64,000 nucleotides of DNA from assembly GCF_006345805.1 (NCBI RefSeq), contig NC_042998.1, positions 158,162,001 to 158,226,000 of the forward strand, given 5' to 3'. Below the pieces are notes generated by a model that had not been told where the DNA came from, ran no database searches, and was given only the letters and a program-made list of their open reading frames with translations. This document shows positions 28,160 through 41,179 of the stretch, one piece after another. The translations under genes and the position numbers were made by a program. Source of the DNA: Octopus sinensis. Lineage: Eukaryota. Position 1 is the stretch's first letter; the number at the start of each line of letters is the position of its first letter.

Positions 28160-28221
<62 letters not shown>

Positions 28222-28300
28222 ACTCGCAAGCAAATGAAATAGATAAACAGATACGCTCTTCCATTCTGTGTAAATGAGTGTGTGTATATATATATATATA

Positions 28301-28845
28301 TTGGTCGACATTCTTTCTCTCTCGTCGTCCACTATAATCCAGCGTTTGCATTACTTTTTTCGTCTGGCGTAAACAGCCCTTCTTATCTTGTTCTCCTTGT
28401 CCTGTCTCTCACTGTTATATATTTATTTTTCAACTGTTTATATATAATTTTTTTTTTTTTACTGTTTATATGTTTGTACTGTCGTTACCGTCTTGCTTTT
28501 TTTACCATTTTTTACCCCTCTGCGAAAAGATCTCAGAATTTTAATTGATTTGCTTTTCGCAGGAAGGAAGTTTCTTCGAAGTATACGTCTCGCTTTTATC
28601 CTTCGAAACGTAGAGTAGATGAAACCTTAGCGACTGAAGAAGGGGATTTTTCGTTGTGCTTATTGTCCTGTATCTCTTTTTTCTTTTTTGCTTGTCCTGT
28701 TCCTTGGTTTGTGTCTATGTTTTTCGTCTCTCTATGTGTTCGACGTCTTTTTGGTGTCCTGTACACATATATGCGTGTATATGTACATGTAGAGGTAGGT
28801 ACGTACATATATGTTTATATATATGCATATGTTCTATTTTATTAA
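28301..28845 (+). mobile_element. Dispersed repeat family X, copy A, flanked by (TA)n
   Basis: Nearly identical to 32418-32935 and more diverged from copies C and D. Confidence 0.88.
28584..28647 (+). ncRNA. Candidate non-circularly permuted (pseudoknotted) hammerhead ribozyme
   Basis: uacGUC|ucgcu-uuu-auccuuc-GAAA-cgua-(16 nt)-agcga-CUGAAGA-aggggau. Stem III is uacgu/Acgua, stem I ucgcu/agcga, stem II ggggau/auccuu beyond an A.C pair. Homologues: 32687-32751 (+), 24818-24879 (-), 52795-52856 (-). Confidence 0.6.
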
Positions 28846-29119
28846 CATATATATATATATATATATACGCGCGCGCAAACACACATACACGCACACAAAA
28901 TGGCAGATCGTTAGGAAGGAGAGGCACAAAAGAGAAAGTAGAAAGCAAAGGACCACTGATTAGGTCACAGAAGTGTGGCAAAAGAACTCTGGCCGAAATA
29001 CAATTAATATCAAATAAAGCTGAAGCAAGTGAACACCAAATATATAGTGCGCGTATTTTCATTGGCTAACCTGGCAACATGACCATCCCCAAAGACAATA
29101 ATATGTGTGTGTGTATTAT

Positions 29120-29380
29120 TTACATTACTTACATTTGACGGATATTTGTCCTCATCTTTGTTGTTAACACAACGTTTCGGCTCATGTACTCTCCGGCCTC
29201 CATCTGGTGTCCTGGAGGAATTTCGAACCTGGGTTCTCACTCTTAAGGTACTTTTCCGATGCTATTATTATTATTGTTATTCAGCCGAAGCGTTGTGTTA
29301 GCAACAAACAAGATGAGGACAAAATATCCTTCAAATGTAAATAATGTACATAATTCTTCATCTCTCAAATATAGAACTGT
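29120..29380. mobile_element. pLTR-like element (family of 13184-13397): minus-strand copy plus inverted partial copy; degenerate HHR at 29166-29211
   Basis: Minus strand reads gacac-CAGAUGG-aggc...gcc-GAAA-cgUU-guguu. The plus-strand partial copy starts tcagccgaagcgttgtgttagc at 29281. Confidence 0.75.
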
Positions 29381-29382
29381 AA

Positions 29383-29471
<89 letters not shown>

Positions 29472-29625
29472 CTCTCTATATATATAATATGTGTGTGTAT
29501 TTATACGTATGCTTGTATACATATATGCATGTGTGTGTGTATGTATATATATGTGCGTATATATATGTTCATATATATATTTATATGTATGTGTGAATGT
29601 GCGTATATATGTACACACACACACA

Positions 29626-29690
<65 letters not shown>

Positions 29691-31304
29691 GTGCGTAACT
29701 ACATATATGCATTTATAGCGAGCACGGCTATAAGTTTAAAAAGTTTGTTACGCGGCAACCTAGTTTCAGATTCGATTTCTATCTATGTTTTTGTCTCGCT
29801 TTATATTACTCGACTGATCATAAATATCCCCCGAAATATACCCGAAATATACCAAACTATTTGTTTGATTGAATGCCAGATTTCCACTCATTTAACCGCC
29901 ATCACCCTTTATCTATACAATTGTTACATTCACCACTATATAAGCGCCAGCTCTTTTCCCATCGAACATTTTCGCTTTCTTCTCTTTCTTATTTAATTCC
30001 CTCCCCCATGCTTTACATTATAAACCTCCACCTTCTCGATCAACTGATATATATCCTTTTCTCCCAAGCACATCAATTTCTCCAACTTCGATTTTTACAA
30101 ATGCTTTAATCCCTACATCTACTTCGATTTCCCTTCACCCCATCTTACGCGTACCAAATCATCTCACCCTACTCAAAAGACCCTGGGTCCTATTGTCAGT
30201 AAAGTCTAAACTCGGAATGCCATGTAAAGTTCCATCAACTGGTTCACTTCTTCCTCCATTGTAGCTCCTCTCAATCAGCCGTCTCACGCTCACCGTCGAC
30301 TGCCTCTCTACTTTCGTTTCCTGTATCAACCAAACTGCCAACTGCCTTCATTCCCTATTCACATTGTACTCGTTGCACAAAATTTCCAATGTAACAAGCT
30401 GCAAACTTTGCGTTTCTTCTACGTCTCTTCCAACAATCCACATCATTACTGAACAAAAAAAAGAGTAGATGACATTTATGGTTCAGGCAGTTTGCATAGC
30501 TAGAATTAAAATGAACAAAAAAATTAAATAAAGAAGTGGCCAGTGGCATATAAATGAACAATCTAGCAAATACCATATAATATAAATTCTGCATTTATAA
30601 AATTATTTCCACCTGGAGATATGTAATTATGCTTATTAACAAAGCGCTAAATGAGTTCTCTTTGTTTTTTTTTTTTTTTGGGGGGGGGGGGGTTGTGTAA
30701 AAGTCTAAGTCCTCTGGCTATTGGAGAATAAGTCAGGTATTTGCTGTGCTGAAGACGGCCATTGAGCGAGAAACACAAATTCACGACTGTCCTCTCATCT
30801 CCAAACAATAATACCGTCTTTTACCTTAATAGCACGTCAGCTTTGAAAAATTCCAGAATCTTGAGAATATTTCTTCCTCGAGTAAAGCTGATCTTAATTG
30901 CCATACAGCAATTATGATGCATTCTCTAGAGGTGGAAATAATTTTGATAAATAAATAATTTATGTTATATGGTATTTGGTATACCCGTATTTGTCTATAT
31001 TGTATATTAAATACACAAATTGCCTAATATAGCTCGGCGTCCCTCCACAGTTCGATACTTTTTATGAGAAGCTCTCGATGAAACCTTTTCTACCATAACC
31101 ATTGAGTCGGATGTTCTATTTTCTGGCTCAAAAGGAATTCATAATCTCTAATGTTACTTGGTGTACCTAATCTTAGCAGGTAATTCATAGATAAAGATGT
31201 TCTTTGTTTATTTTGTTTTCATTTTAATTGGAAAACGGAACTTGGTTAACATTTTATCTTAACACCTGAAAAAAATATAGAAAATGATATTGCAAATATG
31301 ATCC

Positions 31305-31508
31305 AGACGGTGATCTGACAGAGTCGTTGGCAAACCGGGCAAAATACTTAGCGGCTTTTCGTCTGTTTTTACATTCTGAGTTCAAATTCCACCGAGGTTG
31401 ACTTTTCCTTTCGGGGCCAATAAAATAAGTATTATTTGAGCACTGGGATTGATTTAATCAGATTACCCACTCCCCGAACTTGCTGGTATTGTGCCAATTT
31501 GAAACCAG
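31305..31508 (+). mobile_element. SINE family 1 copy
   Basis: gacggtgatctgacagagtcgtt...ctgagttcaaattccaccgaggttgactttt.ctttcgggg...cttgctggtattgtgccaatttgaaacc. Confidence 0.8.
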
Positions 31509-32018
31509 TATGTCAACTATATTTCAAATGTTTTTAAAATTTGTTAATGAACATCAAACGATGGTTAATCGCTAAGCGTTTTGTTAAAATTAATGCACTA
31601 ACTGTAACTAGCATCAAAAGGAGAAACGATTAGGCTGAAAAAGTGTAGGAAAAACAACACAAATCATTGATTCTCGTATTTCTCAGAAGTTCCGCTCGCA
31701 GTAAGACTTTCTGAGAAATTGGTAAGCGAGTTAATTCATAGAATGTAACTAAAAATAAATATACGATGAAAATTGTATCCATTAGGGACTAATACTATTT
31801 AACTTTTTTCCAGCAAAAACAATGAGACAAATCCAGATACATTCAGTCTAGTAGAGCACCCACCATATTTACTGGAGTAGTTATAAAATGAATCATTAAG
31901 AAACCAGACAGCAAAATTGTAGAATTACTAACTATACTCACTAACTGTCTTAGGGACTCCATCAGAACGCAAATCAAGGAGTACGTTAATGTAGAGATCT
32001 TTAAACTATTTGGCAGAC

Positions 32019-32066
32019 AATCCAAGACATGTTTCGATCTCATTCTAACCTCCTCAGTGAATGATT
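32019..32066 (-). ncRNA. Candidate minimal type I hammerhead (stem I imperfect)
   Basis: aaucauuca-CUGAGGA-gguu-agaauga-gauc-GAAA-cau-GUC-uuggauu, with a palindromic ACAUGU stem III region. Confidence 0.5.
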
Positions 32067-32149
32067 ATCTATTTTATTAACATATTATACGACTAAACGC
32101 ACGCACCCTATTAAGTAAGATTGTTCTGTTTATCAAGTTAGCCTTGATA

Positions 32150-32930
32150 TTAACTCTCACGCGACTCTGCATCTTTCTTTCTTTCTCTCCCATTCCCTTT
32201 TTCGTCTTTTTTCCCTCACTTAACTTGTCTCTTCCTCTCTCTCTCATTCTTCATTCTCTCTCTCCCTTTCACACCATTCTTCTTCATGTCTCCTCGCACC
32301 ATTCCCCTTCTTCTCTCTCTTCCTCTTGCTCCTCCTCCCCCATTCCCGTCGTCCATCTGCGACGATACTTCCGACGTAACTGCTATCCTGTCTTTTCTCG
32401 CCCGCCTTCTAAGGCTACTGGTCGACATTTTTTCTCTCTCGTCGTCCACTATAATCCAGCGTTTGCAATACTTTTTTCGTCTGGCGTTAACAGCCCTTCT
32501 TATCTTGTTCTCCTTGTCCTGTCTCTCACTGTTATATATTTATTTTTCCACTGTTTATATATATATTTTTTACTGTTTATATGTTTGTACTGTCGTTACC
32601 GTCTTGCTTTTTTTAACCCCTCTGCGAAAAGATCTCAGAATTTTAATTGATTTGCTTTTCGCAGGAAGGAAGTTTTCTTCGAAGTATACGTCTCCGCTTT
32701 TATCCTTCGAAACGTTTAGTAGATGAAACCTTAGCGACTGAAGAAGGGGATTTTTCGTTGTGCTTATTGTCCTGTATCTCTTTTTTTGCTTGTCTTGTTC
32801 CTTGGTTTGTGTCTATGTTTTTCGTCTCTCTATGTGTTCGACGTCTTTTTGGTGTCCTGTACACATATATGCGTGTATATGTACATGTAGAGGTAGGTAC
32901 GTACATATATGTTTATATATATGCTATGTT

Positions 32931-32935
<5 letters not shown>
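32150..32935 (+). mobile_element. Dispersed repeat family X, copy B (longer pyrimidine-rich 5' part)
   Basis: 32418-32935 is nearly identical to copy A; the 5' CT-rich part resembles the extension of copy C. Confidence 0.85.
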
Positions 32936-32972
<37 letters not shown>

Positions 32973-33074
32973 ATATTATGTGTGTGTGTGTGTGTGTGTG
33001 TGTGCTAATTACGATGTTGTGTAAATATGATTAAATCAACGACATTGCTTTTGCTACAAGTGAATGTAATCTTT

Positions 33075-33283
33075 TCTACTCTAGGAACAAGGCCCGAAAT
33101 TTTGGGGGAGGGGCTAGTCGATTAGATCGACCCTAGTACGCAACTGGTACTTAGTTTACCGACCCCGAAAGGCTAAAAGGCAAAGTTGACCTCGGCAGAA
33201 TTTGAACTCAGACCGTAAAGACAGACGAAATACTGCTAAGTATTTCGCTCGACGTGCTAATGTTTCAGCCGGCTCGCCACCTT
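33075..33283 (-). mobile_element. SINE family 1 copy (further copies or fragments at ~14609-14700, 24440-24590, 33360-33470, 35865-36076)
   Basis: aaggcccgaaattttgggggaggggctagtcgatt...gaccccgaaagg..aaaaggcaaagttgacctcggcagaatttgaactcag...ggctcgccacctt. Confidence 0.85.
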
Positions 33284-36200
33284 ACTAGTGAATGTAATCA
33301 ACCAACAAATTAAAATGAGAAGCAAAACATATCGTATTCATAACCAAACTGTCATATTGTTTTGCACGTGGCTCGAAGTTTTGGGGAAGGGATTAGTCGA
33401 TTACATTGAACCCAGAATTTAACTTCTTAATTTATCGACCCCAAAAGGATGAAAGGCAAAGTCAACTTCGACATACCTAAATATACTAACATAACAGAGA
33501 TTTCGTTTGAATAGACAATATCAATTCTTATTGGAAAATATTGTAGCTGAATATATAACTCGTGCTTATTTCATTGATTCGGAAGAGGTGAAAAGTGATG
33601 TTAGGCCCGACCATAATCGAACAGAAGTATAGGGGAAAAAATTAATGTGTTCTTGCATACAAACTGATCTTTTAACAGTCATCGAATCTGCCCTACATAA
33701 AGATAAAACATAACATATATCAAATCTTCCGTAAATACATTGAAAGGAAGGAATAACTGCAGTCTAAGCGCAATCATTTACTATCAATTCTATTAACCTA
33801 CAATAAATATCAGATTAAGTTGTATTTTGTATAATATGCAAAAGGATCTCAACTAGAAGACTTCCTCGAGAGAATGGATATGAAAGGTTATTTAGTTAGG
33901 TTTAGAAATAATTATACTTTAAAATCAATAAAAGTTAATTCTATTTCTCTAATATTGTATAATATTAATGCAAAACTTGTAGCGGGAATTAAAATTCCTG
34001 CAATAAGAAACGGTCTACTTGGTTGTAATGCCCAGAAACTTCTGTTTGTCAGCAAAGCTTTAACAAAACGCTCTATTTGTTAGCAGCGTATTTTTATCTT
34101 AAAAGTTTAAAAGTTTGAGTACATTCAGTAGCTCGAAGAGGTCGAAAAACAAAGAAAAGGGTTTGAGAACAACAGGTACAAAAGCTATTAAATCACACAA
34201 GTGTATAAAATATGTTTACATATAGAGGCGGCCTGAAGATCATAATTAGAAAATAATTTTGAATATATGTACGATGGTGCGTTTTAAGTTTAGACGACAA
34301 ATGTATTACAAATGACCACATACTGTCTGTTTCAGATAATAATTTGTTGGGTAAGTCATACATTTATGTGGAAGAATACCAGTTTCTCACGAAGGTAACA
34401 TGTTTATCGAACAGATTACATGTTCGAACAAATATTTACATATTAGAATTTTAGAGTTAATAACATTTGGTTAGGAACCATATACTGTGGCTCCAATTAG
34501 GGCTTTAAAATTATTGCAAAGGTTCCAAGAAGTCACGCAGAGATGCTGATAAGAATATATGTTGAAGTCCTAACTACATTATAAATCATTTCCTCGTTAA
34601 AGAATAATTGGCAACCCAGAATATTTATATTCTGTGAATGTAGTTAAGTTAATAATCTGACTAACTAGAAATAACTGGAAACATGTTCTATCATAGCGTG
34701 TACCAGTGTAAAGGGTTAGGTTTCTACTTGTTAGTTCAGTGGAAATAATATTCCATCTTATTCCTTTTCATTCTCACTTAGTGAACTGGTCAGTCAGTTC
34801 ATTGTTCATTCGATTAATTTTCAAAGTTACCAACATCGCTACGATAGCCAATGATCACCAAAACTTTCTACTTGTATATCAATCCTAATGAAAGTACTTT
34901 GAATTACCTTCTTCCCTGCATTTTGAGGTTCGACGCTATATAGCCTTTCATAGCTTTGCAGAAAATAGCACACAGTTCTCCCTCCAAAGAAATAATTATT
35001 TGAGGCGTTTCATATATTAGTCAAGTATTCTCCTCTGTTAATAAGAATTTCTAAACCTACTAAATAAACAGAACACATAACGATATGAAAATAAATAAAT
35101 AAAAGCTTCTTTTTCATCGCATTTTAAAAATCACTTTTAAATGTTGCTGTAGCCATAACGTATCGTCATTAGGTGACATAATCTGCCAGAACCTCGATGG
35201 CTAGATCTTTTTACTCGATAGAGTGTAAGTGGTTATATCAGGTAAAGGTGGTTTGGCAAGGAGCGGTTCTCTATGTACTTTACACAATGCGGGCTATTTT
35301 CAGAAAGGCACAAAAAGGCAAAATGTACCATATACTTTATTTTATCGTCTCCTGAAGAATGAAAAGCATATTTGACGTCAGTGACATTTGAATTCAGAAA
35401 GCAAACGGCCGGAAAAAATATCGGAAGTCAATTTCTTCAATACTCTAACGATTCTGCAAGTTGGCCTCCTCATACTTACACTTAAATTCCGCAAATAAGT
35501 ACAATTTTCACTCAAGACTGCTAACACTATGTTAGTTAATCATATCTAAAAAAATTCTAAAAAGCAAAGTATTTATCAACCAAGGAGAATGAAAGCTTGT
35601 GTTTTTGTATAACAGCGTGAAGGACATAAAATTCCGACGGGTAATTGCGCTTGTTCTCCCATAATAACATTTGTAATGATAATATAATGCTTTCACTTTT
35701 CGGCATAATCTCAGCAATTTTTTAGAGTCGGGGAGGTTAGTCGACCATATCAACTCCTCAGTGTGTGACTGGTATTTCATTTTATCGATCCCAGAACGTG
35801 AAAACAGACGAAATGCTGCTATGTATTTTGTCCAGGTCACCACCTAAATGATGACAACAATAATCCTTTCTATTAAAGGCACAAGGCCGGAAATTTTGGA
35901 GGAGGGGGCTAGTCGATTACACGGACCCTAGCGCTCAACTAGTACTTATTTCTTCGACCCTAAAAGAATGAAAATAAAAGTCAATGTCGGAAGAATTTGA
36001 ACTAAGAACGTGAAGACAGACGAAATGTCGCTTAGCATTTTGCCCCGCGTACTAACAATTGCAAGCTCACTGCCTTATGATAATAATAATATTGGTTTCA
36101 AATTTTGGCACAAGACCACTTGATAACTCGACACCGTTAAAAGGGCAATCTGAAGGATCATCTCCCCACAATTAGGGAACATCTAAGTATTTTTAGTCGA

Positions 36201-36703
36201 AGTAAATGTGATATAAATTTTATGTGAATTTATGAGATGTGAAATTATCATTGATACATACTTCCACAAGGCAGTATCGTAATCATGTCAGACGAAATTT
36301 TGTGCCGCATTTCTTTTGGCTTTTTCCTTCTCAGTCCAAATGTTTCTTTCATTCTTTCATTAAAATAAAATGCCAGTTGAGCACTATTTTCATTGTAATA
36401 GACGTTCCTCTACCATCAAAACTGCTGGCCTTGTGCCTTAATAAGAATAGATATACTTTTATATATATTCAGGCAAATGTCTTCAATTACCCTGTTATAG
36501 TCACAAAGTTGCGTTGTTTTACAATGCAGCCCTCTCCAGGTGCTTTTGTGTTCGGTAATGAACTCGGAGTTTCAAACCACAGGATTTATGAAATCTACAG
36601 GACCAGATTGTCCTCGTTCCGTTATCCATACGATATATATACTTTTACTTGTGATGCCTTGCTCGTTCCGCTTGAATCAGATTATATACATACATACGTA
36701 CGT

Positions 36704-36774
<71 letters not shown>

Positions 36775-36814
36775 TGTATGTATGAAACAGATTATACACA
36801 TACATACATATATA

Positions 36815-37685
36815 CTGGGTCATCACATAAATAATGCGGTTTTTTAATACTTTTAATTTTTCAAAATTAAGATAAACAAAATTCTTTTTTAATCTAAAAT
36901 ATAGCTCCTTCATTTTGTACAATACTCTTCCATATATCTGATACACTTGGAAGGCCTCTCTTCCAAAATTCACTTGTCCGTGACGAAAAATACTCCTCCA
37001 TACTGTTCTGATCTCGTCTACAGAATTCATGTTTTTTCGTCCAAATGATTTTGAAGACTGCGAAATAAATGATAATCTGATGGGCAATGTCCGCCGAATA
37101 TAGTGGGCCCCATTTTTCAGTCAAACTGCTCCAGCCTTTGGAATGTCATCCTCGCTTTATGTGGCCGATCATTATCCTGGGGGAAGAACACCTTTCGCCT
37201 GGAAACCACAGGTGGTCGTTCTTCTTTTCGTGTTGACTTCAATGACTGATTGAATGACCAATTCTAAGCTTCTCTGCTAGTCCCTCAACAGATGCGATGG
37301 ATTTTGTTCCACCAGGAATTGCAGGACGTCCTCATCGATCTCTGCAGATCTTCCAGGACAAAGCTCGTATTCTAGGCTGTAGTTTCCGGTTCGGAATTTC
37401 TGGAACCACCGTAGACATCGGCTTACGCTTATTGTCCGATCCCCATATACTGCATTAATATTCCTCGCATTTTCCGTTGCGCTGTTGCCTTAATTGACTC
37501 ACAAAGCAAAATATGCCGAATATGCTCCTTCGTCACTTCCATTATAAGTTGGAAAAAAAATAACTGTTAAAATCGAACTGCACTCTTCAAAACTTGTACA
37601 AGGTAAAATTACTACCTGCTTTTATAGCAAGTTGACTTTTAATTCATGCAACTGAAAAAATCGCATTTTTTATGGGATGACCCAA
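36815..37685 (-). mobile_element. Internally deleted mariner transposon
   Basis: TIRs ctgggtcatcacataaataatgcggtttttt / aaaaaatcgcattttttatgggatgacccaa with TA on both sides. ATG at 37542 (MEVTKEHIRHILL); NAVYGDRTISV..C.RWFQKFRTG; LYSADIA; C-terminus ...VQNEGAIF. Confidence 0.9.
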
Positions 37686-37916
37686 TATATACAAAATTAA
37701 ATACACAACTAATAATAGTTTACACAACTAATAATAGTTTCATGTTATCATGATATTTGAAGAGGCATATTTATATAATAAGCCGTGTAGCTTAAAGCGA
37801 TCTTTTAGGCTCTGTTTATGCGTTATATATACATACATACATGCATACATACATACATACATACATACATACATACATACATACATACATACATACATAC
37901 ATACATACATGCATAC

Positions 37917-37953
<37 letters not shown>

Positions 37954-38216
37954 TCTTCAAAAACAAGGACGCTGGACAGTAAGAAAATAAGAAATAAGCG
38001 AGGGAAAAAGCGTGAAGAAGGTTGATGCAATAAAATGGGACGAGAAAAAGGAAATGAAATGAAAACCTAAGGTTCTCGTCCTCCCTGATTGCAGAAAGCT
38101 CATTAAATACAATTGGTTTAGAACAAAATAACAGAAAATATGTCAATGTCTGCGATACAGCAACTCAATCCGGAGTGGGTAATGTCCGCGAATTCGAGAT
38201 AGATAGATAGACAGAC

Positions 38217-38281
<65 letters not shown>

Positions 38282-38290
38282 TATATATAT

Positions 38291-38385
<95 letters not shown>

Positions 38386-39518
38386 CTTTATCAACAAACT
38401 TTGAAGCATCGAGAGAGTTGGTACGTTACAGAAATGAAAGTAAATCTCGAACGTAGAATAGCTGTGAAAACAGCTTAGAAGATCAGGGAAATATCCTCAG
38501 AGGACGGGAAAATATTGGTCAGCGAGGTGCTATTGAGAATCGACCCAGTATTTCTCAAATTCCTGATGTTTTAACCTGTTTTCGCAGCTTTTCTGTGTTA
38601 TAAATTTCCTTCACATAAATAATTATACATTATATATATCTTGAAGAGGCATGGATTGAACTTTTGCATATAAGCTTAACTACTTCACTTGTCATTTTAT
38701 TGATATTTCTATTCAGTGGCAGAAATCAATAAATTTGTAAGGGAAGGAAATTAAACTTTTTTTAATGTAGGTTTTGATAGAAGAGACGTATAGATGCTGA
38801 TTTGTAACTTCTATTTCACTTCACGTTGTAATATCTCAGCATCCTTTTATTTAAATGAATCGATTAACCGAAATATTACAAACAGAAAACTAATTAACAG
38901 TAACAGTTGATAACCACTGTTTTCCATGGAATCGTTAATAATACGGCAATAAATTGTATACTCATTAATGTAAATGTCAAATACAAATAGCTCATAGACG
39001 CGGCACTTAAATATTTCTTTTAACCAGGTGTGTGATAATTGATTAGATACAGAAATTTGTGTACGACTGTGTGCGTATATGAATGGCTGGGTGCAGGATA
39101 CTCATCAGTTTACTTACTGTGTACCATTTCTTTTAACTGAAAGTAAAATATAAAACTTCACTATTTAAAAAGTGTGTATTTAATGCTGGTGTTTGTTCCC
39201 GTTTTGTGTGGTTAAACTGATGTGAAATAACTGTTTACTTGGAAAGAGCTTGGTTACATCACAGATATACATTATGAGTTTTGTTCCCAGTAGCTCGGTT
39301 AACCGAGGTACATTTTGTGAAGAACAAACAACAGAGCTTTTACACAGTTTTAGGACCTGCTAGAATTAAAAATCATATCATATTTTCTTAAAACTGAATA
39401 TATAATATGGAATATTACAGCCAAAGATACACTATGCCTTAAAAAAATAACAAACTATAGTCCTTGTAGTATATTGCTATTTCCCACTACAGTCCACTCT
39501 TTAAATCATGTTAGAGTT

Positions 39519-40635
39519 CATCATCATTTGGTCAAGCTTGCTCGGACATTTTTAACCCACATGCCATCTATCTCGGTCCTTCAATAATTGAGAGAGGTCT
39601 TTAGGGTAACATCTAGTGTCTCTGGTGAGATGAACTATATAAGTTGTGTTCGGACGACCAGCTCGAGTACGGTCATGCTTGGGTATCCATAGCAGTAGAT
39701 CACTTGCCAGTTCTTGTTTAGCTCGCCAGCTATGTTCCGCAAAGTGAAAGCACCTTTTCCCTATAATGTTGGAAACAGGTAGAACACCATACAGCTGTTT
39801 CTTGGTGGGATGAGTACTCCAAGATATGTTTAAGACTGCACTTAACGTTCGGGTGTAAGTTCCTTCTAGCTTAGATTTCAGCTTTTTTTTGTTTTTTTTT
39901 TTTTTTTGGGGGGGGGGGATAAGCGTCCAGGCTATTGCTCCCATTTAAAGAGACTGACTTTTCTGTTTCACGGAAAAAATTCCCCGGAAGCAGTCGGACA
40001 AATACTGTTCGTCGTCTATTTGAACGAGTAAAGGCCATAAATTTTGAAGCGATATTATTGTTTGCATATTTCTCAAGAGCTTTTGACTCTATCCTCCGAA
40101 CTGAAATGAAGGAAATACTACTGGCCTTTGGTATATCTGAGGAAGCAGCAACAGCAATTATGATACTCTATAACAACACCAAATCAATGGTAAGATCCCA
40201 GATAGAGATACAAGTTTCTTTGATATTAGAGCCAGAGTACTCCAAGGGGACAAATTGGCACATTTTCTAATTGTGATCACTCTGGATTATGTCTTCAGAA
40301 CAACACTTGACAATCTAAACAGCCCCAGTTTCACACTCGGGAAAAGAAGATCGATCAGACATTCAGCTAAAACAAAAATAGCTGATGCAGACTATGCTGA
40401 TGATCTAGACTTGCTCTCTGACACAAAATCAATCTCCATCCAATTACTTCACTGTGTTGGACCTCTTATTAATCCTAATAAAATCAATCTCATTGGTTAC
40501 AATTAGCAAGGATACATCACCAACATCGGCAGAGATCCCGTCGAACAAGTACTTCGTTTCTAAAAGGATGTAAAAACTTGGACTGCCAAAGCATGATCAA
40601 CCCTAAACGAACTGGTTTCTGTCTGAGAATCAACG
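39519..40635 (-). mobile_element. RTE-like LINE with inverted 5' part
   Basis: The 3' part lies on - (39519-39945: GAIAWTL...LEGTYTRTLSAVLNISW...GRPNTTY...DRDRW, then a (TGA)n tail). The RT core lies on + (39945-40635: FSRAFDSI, VLQGDKLAHFL, ADADYADDLDLL). Confidence 0.88.
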
Positions 40636-41179
40636 CTGGGATAAAGTGAACCTCGATTTTAATTTCTTTCAATGAAGAAAGATCATTTAGCAATGTTGGT
40701 AGAACGCCGGATAAATCGTTTTGTGGTCATCATTCCGACTCTCTATACTCAAATCCTGACGAAGTCATCTTTGCTTTTCATCTTTTCGGTGTCGAGAAAT
40801 ACCAGGCGTATTGTTGGACCGAGTTTTCTTATACTTTCACTCTTGCTTTCCGCCCATGTATCTCAAAAAGAAGCAGCCGTGTCTAATAATGTCCAAGATA
40901 CGCCGTGTGTCTTGAAGGCGCTGCTATTACTTCACCACAGAGTTCAGGGCCCAAGGAAAGGTAAAAAACTATTATCAGCCATCTGCAAAATTTGGCGTGG
41001 ACAATATCTTTCATGCACCCTCCTAGATTAACGGATAATAAGAATTTGTAAAATTAATGTCTAAATTGAATTGTTTCGAGTTAGATAGTGACAGATATAT
41101 TCATCATCGTAGAAAAGAGACCGAAGAGAAGTCTGATGATATAATACTTGGTCTAATGATTAATCTAAAAAAGGCTGGC

